Source: Eukaryota sp. GEM-RC1
Lineage: Eukaryota
NCBI GenBank assembly: GCA_040285855.1
Contig: JAUFOQ010000004.1
Location: 186,001 to 250,000 of the forward strand
Length of the DNA stretch: 64,000 nucleotides
Direction of reading: 5' to 3'
Shown: positions 36,200 through 47,080 of the stretch, in pieces
Layout of the letters: every line of letters begins with the position of its first letter
How positions within the stretch are numbered: the stretch's first letter is position 1
Translations under genes and position numbers: made by a program
Notes under the pieces: model-generated
Told to the model about the DNA's origin: nothing
Databases searched by the model: none
The model's input: only the letters and a program-made list of their open reading frames with translations

Positions 36200-36454
36200 T
36201 GTTGAGTACAAATTATGCAAAAAAAAGAATGAACAAGACATTTGATTTCAAGTTTTGGTTGAATCGTATTGCTTTTACAATACTTAAAACAATTCCTATC
36301 ATGATTTCAAAAGCTCTAATAGATCTCAGTGTTTTTTATGAAGAAAAAGCTGATGTGCGTTTTGATGGCAATGATTGTTGCCTTAATGATATTGAGTTCT
36401 AGTATTAGTTACTATCTTAGTGTTTTTGTTCCATATAAAATTGCTGCAAAAAAA
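36200..36454 (+). mobile_element. RLE retrotransposon 3' fragment, family F (A-tailed)
   Basis: NKTFDFKFWLNRIAFTILK; ends ATAAAATTGCTGC followed by A7. Confidence 0.7.
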
Positions 36455-36459
36455 CTGTT

Positions 36460-36822
36460 GTATCCAATCAGATTGCTAAACTCAAAAGGATTCAATCACC
36501 TAGAAACAGCCGAAAGACTTAAAATGGATCTCAATCAAAATTGGTTTTCAAAATTTGAATTTGTTCCATTTGCTATTTCTATTTTTGGAAGTATTGGTGA
36601 TAAGACTTCTCAGTTTTTAACTGATTTTGGATCTATGTGTCAATTTATCAATTTGGCATAACTGTTTCATTTTTTGTTTCTTTCGATGCCGAAGTTTTTT
36701 AAATCAATTTTCACAAAGTTGTATAAAAACTGTGGTACTGTTGATCAGGAATGTTCTGTGTCCAGTGTTTCATAGCTTTCATTATGATATATATTTTTGT
36801 GCCCTTCATCGATAATTTTTTT
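36460..36822 (+). mobile_element. RLE retrotransposon 3' fragment, family E (T-tailed)
   Basis: FNHLETAE..FVPFAISIFGSIG..FLTDFGSMC; ends GATAA followed by T7. Confidence 0.82.
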
Positions 36823-36956
36823 ACTATCCGTACAGGTAAGAATCTGTCATGTCCAGTGTACCAATTTATACTCAATTAAGACAGGAAAACAACTGTCTAC
36901 GATCTAGTTTCTGTCATGAAGTCTAGGATGTGTTTCAAAATTGATTGTTTCTGTTG

Positions 36957-38230
36957 ATGTTCTGTGCTTTCGTAATCTTGACTATCCTCACAGTCACAAC
37001 ATGTTTCCCTCAGTTGCCTCTGTCCTGGTCTGCTACTGTGGTCGTAACTGATCCGTATTTTGGGAAGACCAGTTTCAAATACCTTCATGATTTGCCCCAT
37101 GAACGAGCTCGTTCTCAGTCGGCAGACTGTTTGTTTTATGTTTACTTACATCACCTCAGTCATTCAGATTTTCCATTATTTGGATTCAGATAGATCGTCT
37201 TACATCATCAAACCTGACCATGTATCTGGAACGTATCATTGTGACATAGAACCGTCAGTAAATCCAATCTTCCCATCTGTAATTCCCAGGGAAGCTCGCT
37301 TTCTGTTTAACACTGAAGTCAGAGGCATTTCAGTCTCTTTGTGGAGAGCAGATTATCAGAACTACTCCCATTCATGGTTTGTTCACTTCAATTCTTTTGG
37401 TGATGACGATCTCTTGCGCTTCACCCTCCACAGAGCTGATAATGTTGTCGTATGTTTGTTTAGTTTGCTTACCGCAGCAAGTTGATATATACGATATGAA
37501 ACCTGTTCACCTCGATTACTCTGATCCTCTATTTGATACCCATGCTTACAATTGTCCTGGTCCCAAGCCACCCACCAATTTCACTGTTACTGGAACCCTT
37601 TCGGATTTAAACACATCTTCCCCTATTGGAAACATTACTATTAAATTGGATGGTGAAACCTCTACTCAAACAACAACTTCTTTAAGTGACGGCCGTTTCT
37701 CTTTTAAAGGAGTTGTTCCTGGAACTTACACCATTTCTGTGGATCCTGTTTACTACCAGCCATTGTCAACCAGCATCAAAGTTCCCAATCAGTTAGTTGC
37801 TGACCTTAAATTAAAGAAGAGAAGTGGAGATTGGTTAATTAGTTTCTTTAATGGACCGATTTTACCTGAAAAACATTCCTTCTTATACATGCACCTCTAT
37901 AACAGATGTGAAGTCTGCTACCTCAGACCAATGTATGAGTGTGAGATTGGTGATACTCTTGGTAAATGGGCAATTGCCAGAGACTACTCTTGGCAGTCAA
38001 TCACAGTCACCAATCACGACACACGGAAATCACCTGTTTATCTCAAGCAATGGAGATCACAGCCGGTTCCTCTTGTTGGATCTAGATGCTATGTTAAGAT
38101 CTATCATGATGGTGTTCTTGTTGATACTGTGTATATCCCAAGAGAGGGTTCAGCTACAGATAATCGTTGGAATATTGGGTATATTGACGGATTTAATTTT
38201 GTAATTCAGAATGAATTGGTAGAAGAATAA
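36957..38230 (+). CDS. secreted protein with ependymin/LolA-like N-region and carboxypeptidase-regulatory-like beta domain; 2 introns
   Basis: Signal peptide. Introns 37129-37159 (31 nt, GTTTGT..ATCACCTCAG) and 37450-37477 (28 nt, GTATGT..CTTACCGCAG) join three ORFs. VTGTLSD...TTTSLSDGRFSFKGVVPGTYTISV. Confidence 0.75.
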
Positions 38231-38239
38231 AATTATTGT

Positions 38240-38345
38240 AAAAAAATGTTTATAGATGCCAGGGACAAATACAGTACTATTCCAATAGAAACTATGAAAC
38301 ACTACACATAGACAATTACTGGTCAACAGTGCCACAGTTCTAGTT
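38240..38345 (-). mobile_element. RLE retrotransposon extreme 3' end, family E (T-tailed)
   Basis: Matches 36725-36800 and 45330-45420; ends CTATAAACA followed by T7. Confidence 0.7.
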
Positions 38346-38349
38346 GTAC

Positions 38350-39640
38350 ATTCGGACCTCGACAATGTCTCTCTCCATAACTTCTCAGACCAAAAATAAC
38401 AGAGGACTGAATGTACACATGGGTACAAGTACCACACAACATATATATGTATTGTTTTGTTCATTGTGGACTCGAACAGAACAATACATTGTTTGTGGTG
38501 GTTGTGTTGAAGAAATGACGGGGTTTATGTTCATTCAGTGAAATAGATTGAAATAAGGATACTTCTATATAAGGAAAAAACAATGCGACTGCGCCAAAGA
38601 GACTGATTAAAATGTTTCCTATGGTCGCGGCACAACTTTGAAAAGGCATCAAAGAAATTTTCAACAGCAATTCCTATATTACCAAGAATTGAAATAGCAA
38701 AAGGAATGAACTTAAAAAAGGAATACAAATTGGAATTCAGTTTGATCATTGTGTCAGAATGTACTAATCTTTCTTTTTTCAGCTATGGATAAATGATTTT
38801 CAATGTCACTCGAAACTGAATTCAAATATACTTTAGCACATGGATCAACAGTAGTAAAATCTATCACTGCTTGACAAGAATCAAGATATGGAACAATGAG
38901 ATCACCACGTCGAGAATTGGTAATATTATCATCACTATAATGCTTAAGAAGAGGTTCGATTTTCCCATTAAACACATGACATTTTAACATTTCATACGTA
39001 ACGTCACGAACAGCATTGTGTAAAATCGATCTAAACTGAAGAAATTTTTTGCAACTAACAATGTGTCTGAAATCAGCTTTTGGTCTCTTTTCACAACAAC
39101 ACATAGTATTAGCTAACAATTCAGATGGAAACAGACCTGAGCAAAGACGCATGTTAAGTTTCCAAGCCTCATTATTGAGATGAAGACCATAAGGTCTAGG
39201 CTGTTGAGTAATAAATGATGAACAGTTTTTAGAATCCAAAAGAAAAGCAGCAAAGACGGCATTATTTACCTTAGTCACACTAAGACGTTTTGACAAATCC
39301 AAGTCTTCTAAGCCATGTAAAACACAATTTTGCAATTGTACAACATATAAATGTAGAAACTGATTGGCCTATCAGGAATAGAAGAGATTGACATAGGAAA
39401 ACACTTGTTCCAACTGTCAGCAGATAGGTTTTGAATGACAGAATCAAGAGGTCGTAACCACACAGAATTCTTTGCGATTATTTGTGAAAACACATCACTA
39501 AATCTCAAACGGAATTCGAAAAGAAAATTTTCAAACCACCAAGATATGCACTTTGACACAAATACTCCGCTCTAGAAAATCCAAATTATTTGATTTCGAT
39601 TCAACAAGAGTTGGATAAGATTAAAGTTCTTGAAATTGAA
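38350..39640 (-). mobile_element. longest RLE (CRE-like) retrotransposon relic, family G
   Basis: SAYLGG, LHLNNEAWKLNMRL, CCCE..HIVSC, LHNAVRD, KIEP, RRGDL, IDFTTVDP, AEKRK, FIPFAISILGNIG; frameshifted. A small related piece lies at 46514-46559. Confidence 0.85.
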
Positions 39641-40729
39641 AAACACATAAAATTCTTCCTACTCAAAATTTGGTATTCTGGTAAAATTACTCATCTTTTA
39701 AGATCCATTACCTGAGTTATCGTATGATTTCTGTAGAGCTTTTAACAAAATTCGCAGAGACTTTCTTTCATTCCTTCTTCAAGTCAATTCCAACATTTTA
39801 AACAACCACACATTTTCGACTCCATAGTTTGGAGGTTTGGGATTTACATCTTCTAAATGGTCAACTAAAGCAGCTTTCAGTAGTGGAAAGAATTTTGTAT
39901 TCGAGTTTTGTAATCGATATCCATCAAAAACTTTTTTTCTTGAATGTACATGCAGTTTTAACTTAATCATCTCCGTGGTGAAATAAGAAATCTAAGACAA
40001 TTCACCAAAACAAGCCATCTTAGCTGATTTAAAAAAACACTGCTATTTTGCAGTAAACCAAAAGGACAATCCCAGACGTAACCTCATATTGTGTCCTCTT
40101 CAGGTAACACACACTATCAGTATCATTTAAAAACACACTGAAAGCGGGATTCTCAACAATGCAAATATCCAGACTTTCGAGGAGCGACTTAATATTACAA
40201 AGAAATGTAACATACTACTAGTAGTACATGTGTAAGGATTTCAATATCCAGTGCTAGTGTTGAATGATTCATAGCTATTCCTTCATGATTACGATCTTAT
40301 CATTGATAAACCATTTTTTCTTCATATTGCAATATTCTTCAAGAAAAGAAAACAAGTACAGTCAAAACAGTTTATAGCAAAACTACCAGGATCTAAAATT
40401 TCTTTCTTGATATAAATAGTTTTGAATGTAGTCAATTTCTTAAATAGTACGATAGGATTATTATTGTAAAGGACTTACATATATAAACATATATAACAAA
40501 GATAACCAATTGAAACTATATTTGGTTAAGTCCATGTATGGTAAATCATTAAATGATTAATGAGACATTAAATCATTATTAAAAAACAACATCGAGTAAG
40601 GTTCCAAAGGAGTCCTGAATATCACAAATCATCTTTGATTGAATGGTACCGACTAATCATAGAATTGAAGTTATATAAGTCGTTCAAAAAGTCCAAATCG
40701 AATTCCAGATAGTTGAAAAAATCCGTCGA

Positions 40730-41599
40730 CTACATTCGACTAGGTGACAATGCTTCATCTTCCTCTTCAATGTCAACCACAACATCCCTACTCTCTTTCT
40801 TCTCACCCACAACCTTCTTCTCCTCCTCAACTGCTCTTCCTTTCATAAACCTTGGAGGAGCCCTGGGGGGAAGTGTTAATCGAATAGGTTCTGGAGCAAA
40901 GATCTTAGTGCCCAGACTAGCCTGGGGTAAAGGCTTTGGAGTCTTGGGTATAGGAATTGCACTAGGCAGAGGAGCAGAAGAAGGACGAGGACTGGGTAGT
41001 TCCTTTATTTTAGTGGTCTTGGGGGTCATCTTCTCAAGAAAAGCGGTTGGAATTGGTTGTGGTGAACGTACGTACTTCCCTTTGATTGTTTGAGTAGCTG
41101 GAGGTTCCTTCCTCTCCACTTTCTGAGGTAAAACTTCCTTAGTGCTGAATCTAGGAGTGGCAATCACTCTCATGTAGTTTAATGATTGCGATGCTCCCGT
41201 CATCTCTCTTACTAAGGGAGACGCTCCTCGTTTCTTTCTTTTAAGTCTACCAGGGGAGAAGAAGAAGAGGAGGAATAATCCATAAGTGAAGGTGAACCAT
41301 AGGAACCAGGGGTATTTTTTTGGAGAGCTTATTTGGAGGGTGGTGTGGATCCAGATCCACAGTAAAAAGATACTTCCCCAGATTAGAAGAGCAATGTTAG
41401 CCATAATGGTTCGAGTTTGGAAAGAGAAGCGGCGGAATGAGTAAATTAGCCACATGATTACAGCAAACAGAGATGTCCATAAGATGAGGAACCACCAAGG
41501 AAAAATGTTGGGGGTGAAAAGAAAGAAGAGGGTGATTATGGTAGCATTAAAGGCGATGAGTGTGATGGACACAGTAGCAATGATTTTGAGAGAATACAT
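40730..41599 (-). CDS. hypothetical 4-TM membrane protein with Pro-rich tail
   Basis: 289-aa ORF, four hydrophobic segments with repeated (Y/F)PW(W/F)L. Confidence 0.75.
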   Translation of the reverse strand: MYSLKIIATVSITLIAFNATIITLFFLFTPNIFPWWFLILWTSLFAVIMWLIYSFRRFSFQTRTIMANIALLIWGSIFLLWIWIHTTLQISSPKKYPWFLWFTFTYGLFLLFFFSPGRLKRKKRGASPLVREMTGASQSLNYMRVIATPRFSTKEVLPQKVERKEPPATQTIKGKYVRSPQPIPTAFLEKMTPKTTKIKELPSPRPSSAPLPSAIPIPKTPKPLPQASLGTKIFAPEPIRLTLPPRAPPRFMKGRAVEEEKKVVGEKKESRDVVVDIEEEDEALSPSRM

Positions 41600-41757
41600 A
41601 ATCTATGATGACATTCACATAGAAATGAAGTCAGTTAAGGATATCATCGTCACCTAAACTGCTTCATTCAGCACAATATGTTGACAGTTTTATGTAGTCA
41701 AGAGACCAAAGTAGAAAAGCCTGGGCGAATTCACACCCTCCTTATTAGTTTTGAAGA

Positions 41758-42599
41758 ATGGTAAGAACAGTTTTTATAGGTAATATCGCCTTTGAATCCA
41801 CCAAAGAAGAACTTCTGAACATCTTTTCCACTGCTGGTGTCATAGTAAGCTTTAATCTTGTTACTGATCATGACACTGGCAAACCTAAAGGCTTTGGTTT
41901 TGTTGAATATAACAATGAAGCCTCTGCTCTCTGTGCTATGAGAACCTTAAATAATTATGAATGGAAAGGTAGACATTTGCGTGTTGGTTATGCCGATGCT
42001 GATAAACCAGTTGAATTGCAAAGGGAGATGGTACTGGCTCTGAGTCCCAACGACTTACCCAGTCAATGGTTCTTGAGTTCTTGTACGATTTCCAACAACT
42101 AGCCAAATCAAATCGCGATCTTGCTCGTAGCTATCTTCTTGAACATCCTAAACTTGCTTATGCTGTTGTCTCAGGGTTGTATACTCAAAGCTTCCTCTCT
42201 GACCATCCTGAACTCCTCCAATTTCTTTCAAAGGTGACTTTACCTTCGATAGAGGATCAGACTGTTGAACCTCCTGTTACCACTCAAGTAGCTCCTACTC
42301 GTCCCCCTCATCCCCGTGCTCCTCACCACGTACCACCTCCTCATCATGTTCAGCCTCCACATGTCCATGAACAAGCACCTCCAGTACATCATCGACCTGC
42401 TCCACATCCACCTCAACCACTTCCCCATCCCCAACAACTTCCTCAACAACAGAGAGTTCTACCTCAACTTGCTCATCTACCTCCAGAACAGTACCAACAA
42501 ATAGTACAACAGTTATTGTCTGCTACAGAGGCTCAGATTGAAGCACTACCTCAGGAACAGAAGGAATTGTATTTTCAACTGGTCAGAATGTATAGGTAG
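41758..42599 (+). CDS. CSTF2: cleavage stimulation factor 64 kDa / Rna15; one frame break near 42020-42060
   Basis: RRM (VFIGNI, KPKGFGFVEY, AMRTLN), hinge (ARSYLLEHPKLAYA), Pro/Gln region, and C-terminal LLSATEAQIEALPQEQK. Confidence 0.9.
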
Positions 42600-43353
42600 T
42601 TTACTGTTGTTTTCAATCAATTTCTGATTGTTTTTGATCCTGGATTGACAAAGGGTTGACTTCTTGCATTTGTAAGTATGGTGTTAATATTGCTTCAGTT
42701 GGTTGAAGTATACTTAAGGACTCTTAGGATTTATGAACTGAAGATTTGCTGATCAGATCAATCTCAAATTGTTAGTTAATTTGAGTAGGGTCAGAATTGA
42801 CCCAAGAATATCTGATTTCTTTTTCCCGTGACGTTACGCCTGTGTTTCTTGTCATGTGATCGAATTGTTTTTACGTTAAAAATTTAAAATTAGCCGAAAT
42901 ATTTCCATCTCAAATTTTTGGACTACATATGTGTTAAACATCAACATTTGTGATCTGAACGTTTAAATTTGACATATCTAAAATTGTTTTTACTTTTGAT
43001 TATTCATAATGACGTGACGTTCATGTTGGGTTATTATATTGTAGAAATACTTTGAGAGTAAGAATACACCCAATACTACAGTAGTGATCGTCAAAATATA
43101 ATAAACCGTAAATACGGTGACTTTTCAGACAACTCTGTAAATCATTTTCGTATTTTACGGACCGTTATATTTTACGGCAACATCATTATTTTCCGTAAAT
43201 AATTGCAATACGGAACCGTATTTCACCGTAAATTAATTTTTGGATTTCCACGCATCTATAACAAGTATTGATATCAAACTGTCTGATTGTTTGGAGTGAA
43301 AATCATATTTATTCCTAACACCACAATCCTCATATTTTCGTTTTGGCAATATA

Positions 43354-43639
43354 TTGCAATGTCGATATACGGTAATGTTGGTCCAGCTGCACAAGGGTTT
43401 TTTAACTTCCTTTGGTAAATTGTGTTTTGAGTACGGTAAAGTTTTCAATGAAAATTTTTGGTTGAGTAGGTTAACGTTTGCGTTGTTTCGTTCGATGCAC
43501 AGATATTTTAATTCAATTTTAGGTAAGTTGTTTGGTGATGGACAGAAGGATCATAGTTTAGAAACTTTAGTTAGTGTCTGTTAGTTATTAACTTCTGCAA
43601 ATGCATTTATTTCACTGATTGATCATAAACCCCGTTTTT
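43354..43639 (+). mobile_element. RLE retrotransposon 3' fragment, family C (T-tailed)
   Basis: AMSIYGNVG..FWLSRLTFALFRSM; ends ATAAACCCCG followed by T5. Confidence 0.8.
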
Positions 43640-43751
43640 GTTTCTTAAATGCAGTTGTGAAGACTAAAAGTCTTGATAATAGACCAAGATTAAAGATTAA
43701 GGAGATACCTCATAAGATATCTTGGTCTTAGTATCATTAGCAAGGTCAATC

Positions 43752-44306
43752 ATGCGCCCTACATCAGCCCCTCCGTACAGACCTCAAAGACATCGAAGAA
43801 GTAGATTTGGAGGATTTTTCCAAGGGATAGCGAGCGCATTTGGTTATCCAACACCTGAAGAACGGGAACGTCTACGATCTATGTACCAACAATATGAAGA
43901 AAGCTTATCTGCTGGTGACACACAGGAACTGGATTATCTTCTCGCTGTTCTTCTCGGATATCCAGTAGAAAGAGACTGGCAGGACAGAGGAAGGCCAACA
44001 AGCCTTATGACAGAGATAAGTATGGATGAAAGGCCAGTGTATCAAGAGACAGTGTATAGGAGCAGATCTGCTGAACCTGTATATAGAAGAGAAGAGCCCA
44101 GAGTTGATGCGAACAGCATACCAAGTTACAGAGTGTCCGCAGAGTATGAAAGTCAGGAAAGGAGATGTAATATCTGCTTGGAAAACTTCCAAGAAGGAGA
44201 AGTTGCATCAGTCCTGCCATGTATGCACACATTTCATAAGACATGTCTGAGAAGATTGTTCACAAGCAGCAATCGATGTCCATCATGTCGTATGGAAGTA
44301 GAATAA
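43752..44306 (+). CDS. RING-H2 finger protein
   Basis: CNICLENF...LPCMHTFHKTCL...CPSCR. Confidence 0.9.
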   Translation: MRPTSAPPYRPQRHRRSRFGGFFQGIASAFGYPTPEERERLRSMYQQYEESLSAGDTQELDYLLAVLLGYPVERDWQDRGRPTSLMTEISMDERPVYQETVYRSRSAEPVYRREEPRVDANSIPSYRVSAEYESQERRCNICLENFQEGEVASVLPCMHTFHKTCLRRLFTSSNRCPSCRMEVE

Positions 44307-44358
44307 CCATGAATTGTGGTTTATTGCGGATAATATTACAGTGGCACGTGATGAATAC

Positions 44359-44667
44359 TTACAGAACACCAACCTCTAAATGGCGGATGATGTTGGCAGA
44401 ATCTCCTATCCAAACTTCTCTTTCGTCATCATGAACAACTTTAAGAACAGGAACAGTTGTAACACCGCTTTGTTCTTTGATATATAAACGAATAGGATCA
44501 GAGCGAGACATTGGGACATTGACAGTTTCAAATTCAACGTTTTGTTCTTTCATAAAGTTGCGAACACGAGAACAGAATGGACAATGAGGAAACTGATATA
44601 ACGTGAGTTTAGTACAAGAAGCTAAAACTGACAAGAAGATAACAATAAGGAAGAGGCTTTGACGCAT
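44359..44667 (-). CDS. glutaredoxin/GST-N-like thioredoxin-fold protein with signal peptide
   Basis: LYQFPHCPFC, TVPVL and DSANIIRHL after a hydrophobic leader. Confidence 0.85.
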   Translation of the reverse strand: MRQSLFLIVIFLSVLASCTKLTLYQFPHCPFCSRVRNFMKEQNVEFETVNVPMSRSDPIRLYIKEQSGVTTVPVLKVVHDDEREVWIGDSANIIRHLEVGVL

Positions 44668-44703
44668 TTTGAATAGAAATTGTGGAAAGAGATTTGTTCA
44701 GAG

Positions 44704-45186
44704 CAGTGTTTGAAAACCACCCGGGTGGAAATGAAAACCACCCGGGTGCCACCTGGTGCCACCCACCACCCGGGTGGCGTCTGGGTGGTACTGGGTGGAT
44801 AATTTTGGTCTTACCATCATCTTCAATCCATGACTTCCTGAATACATACTTCGTTGTTCAACGTGTCCTGAATACAATTATTTTAACGGGAGTTATTTCT
44901 AGGCTCGGAGAGGCTAATATCATCGTATTTATTTATTTTTCAGAGGGTTTTTCTAATCCCAAACCTAAACAAAGTACTTCATTGTTAGTTATTTTATATC
45001 ACACACTGCTAAAGTACTTTCAGTTTCATCGTATATGGTGTATAAAGTAGTTTTTGAACCAAAACTTATGTCTCGTACTTTATTGCCACCCGGTGACCAC
45101 CCGGGTGGAAATGAAAACTCACCCGGACGCCACCCGGTTCCACCCACCACCCGGGTGGCGTCCGGGTGGAAAATTTTCGAACACTG
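44704..45186. mobile_element. hAT-type MITE
   Basis: Perfect TSD GTTCAGAG (44696-44703, 45187-45194). TIR CAGTGTT(T/C)GAAAA. CCACCCGGGTGG arrays at both ends. Confidence 0.93.
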
Positions 45187-45319
45187 GTTCAGAGTCACCT
45201 CAACACGTGTTGGATATGTCATTCTTCTATGTTACTGGTATATTTCTACTGTTCTTGATAAAACTAATCTATATTGAATAAAGGTAAAAAATTCAAGTTT
45301 ACTCAAATGTATTGATTAT

Positions 45320-45707
45320 AAAGAAACAGTTTATTGATGGATGGTACAAAAGTACATATCATAATAAAAGCTATGAAACACGAGACACAGAAACTTGCTG
45401 GTCAACAGTACCTCAGTTCTTATACAACTTTGTGATAATTGATTAAAAAAACTTGGACATTCAACGGAACAACGAAAAAATCAGACTGTTATGCCAAATT
45501 GGAAAGTTCAATCTCTTATTCTGAGACTTACACATAGATCCAAAATCAATTAAAAACTGAGAACCCATTGCACCAATACTACCAAAAATAGAAATAGCAA
45601 ATGGAACAAATATCAAATTTGAATATAGATTTTGATTGAGTTTAGCAACATCTTTGGAATACAAAAATCAATTTAACGTTTTTCAGCTGTTTCTAGGTGA
45701 TTGAAAC
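45320..45707 (-). mobile_element. RLE retrotransposon 3' copy, family E
   Basis: Highly similar to 60539-60929; ends CCATCAATAAACTGTTT. Confidence 0.85.
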
Positions 45708-45713
45708 CATACT

Positions 45714-45813
45714 TGTGGATCACAAACACATGTGATCACATTGTGATTGTGATCACATGTGATCACACTGGCCTTTTTTTGTGATCACATCACTTGTGAT
45801 TCAAATGTGATCC
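45714..45813. repeat. TGTGATCACA palindromic motif array (orphan transposon subterminus?)
   Basis: Several full or partial copies within 100 bp. Confidence 0.6.
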
Positions 45814-47080
45814 ATACTGAAGTGAAGTCATTAATATAATACATGTATGTGATAAACCTAGACCAGTTTTAATTGTTCAACAACACTCTACAGTTTAGAG
45901 CACCAGTTTAGAGTCTAATCTGGTGCTCGAAAACTACATTTACCATTTCCCCACAATGTCATCACTTCCTTTTCTCCAATCCGATTGTAACAAGGACAAT
46001 CCGCTTTACAAGATCGTGAAAACACATCAGGTAAGGAAGACTTTCAATGTCAAGGGTGCTATAAGATATCAAACAATAATACATCAAACAATAGATTTTA
46101 CCACAAAACTTACTACTTCTGAAGTCATTAATAAAATTTGAGTCTCAGTATTCTCAACTAAATACTTGAGACCAAATCTAGAGTGGGGATGTTCTTTTGG
46201 ATGTGGAAATGTGGGCATCAAACAGAGAAGATTCTTTAGTGTTGTTGGCAGAAGAAGAACAACCGTCAGATACAATGGATGTTGTAGCAAATGTTGATTT
46301 GAGAGGTGTTTTTGACGACATCACAGTTGACGATGAGAATGAGGATGATAAAGAGGATATTGGAGAAGCTTTTGTGATCGAAGAAGCAGATATGGAGGAG
46401 CACATTGATGTAGATTGGTCTCAGGACAGTGAAATAGATCGTGTTCGCAAAAGTAAGCTGTAGGGTTATGTAATTTCAATATGTATACACATTATAATAC
46501 ATTATTATGAACTAAACAATACGATTGCGCCAAAGAGACTGATTAAAATTTTTCCCATGAAGGAATTTTATTTGAATTAACTACGCAGACACTCTAACTC
46601 AAAGAAGAGTAGCTCTCACAGCGTCGAAATTCAAGCACTTACTGTTTACGTTCAAATAGAGCTCACCACGAAGGGCAGAAAAGTAAAGCTTGGATCTGCG
46701 ATCAATCAGCTGAAGTGTCAACTTTGAGAACAGATGTACAATGATGATCGAATTAGCTTATATGAAAAAGATCAACATAATGGATGATTGATCAATGAAA
46801 GCTTTGAATTTTGTTTTTTTCGTCACAGTAATAGAAGCTTGCAGGAGAAAGCACAATTTCAACAGAAGAGATACAACAATGTTTAAAAAGAACACTGAAA
46901 TGTCCTTGTTTGATGGAATCACGACAGAAAACAGAGGTGAGAAATTATCAGAAATAATTGCAATAAATGCTGATACGACGATTTGCCAAAAATAAATTAT
47001 TGTGATATATTTATTGAAATAATTTAGCTGTTAAATTATTTATTGGGGATCCCTGCTTGTATCATTCTTTTGCACTACAA

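Noticed and set aside
44682..45281. Pro/Gly/Trp-rich ORFs
   Set aside because: They derive from CCACCCGGGTGG arrays of a hAT MITE.
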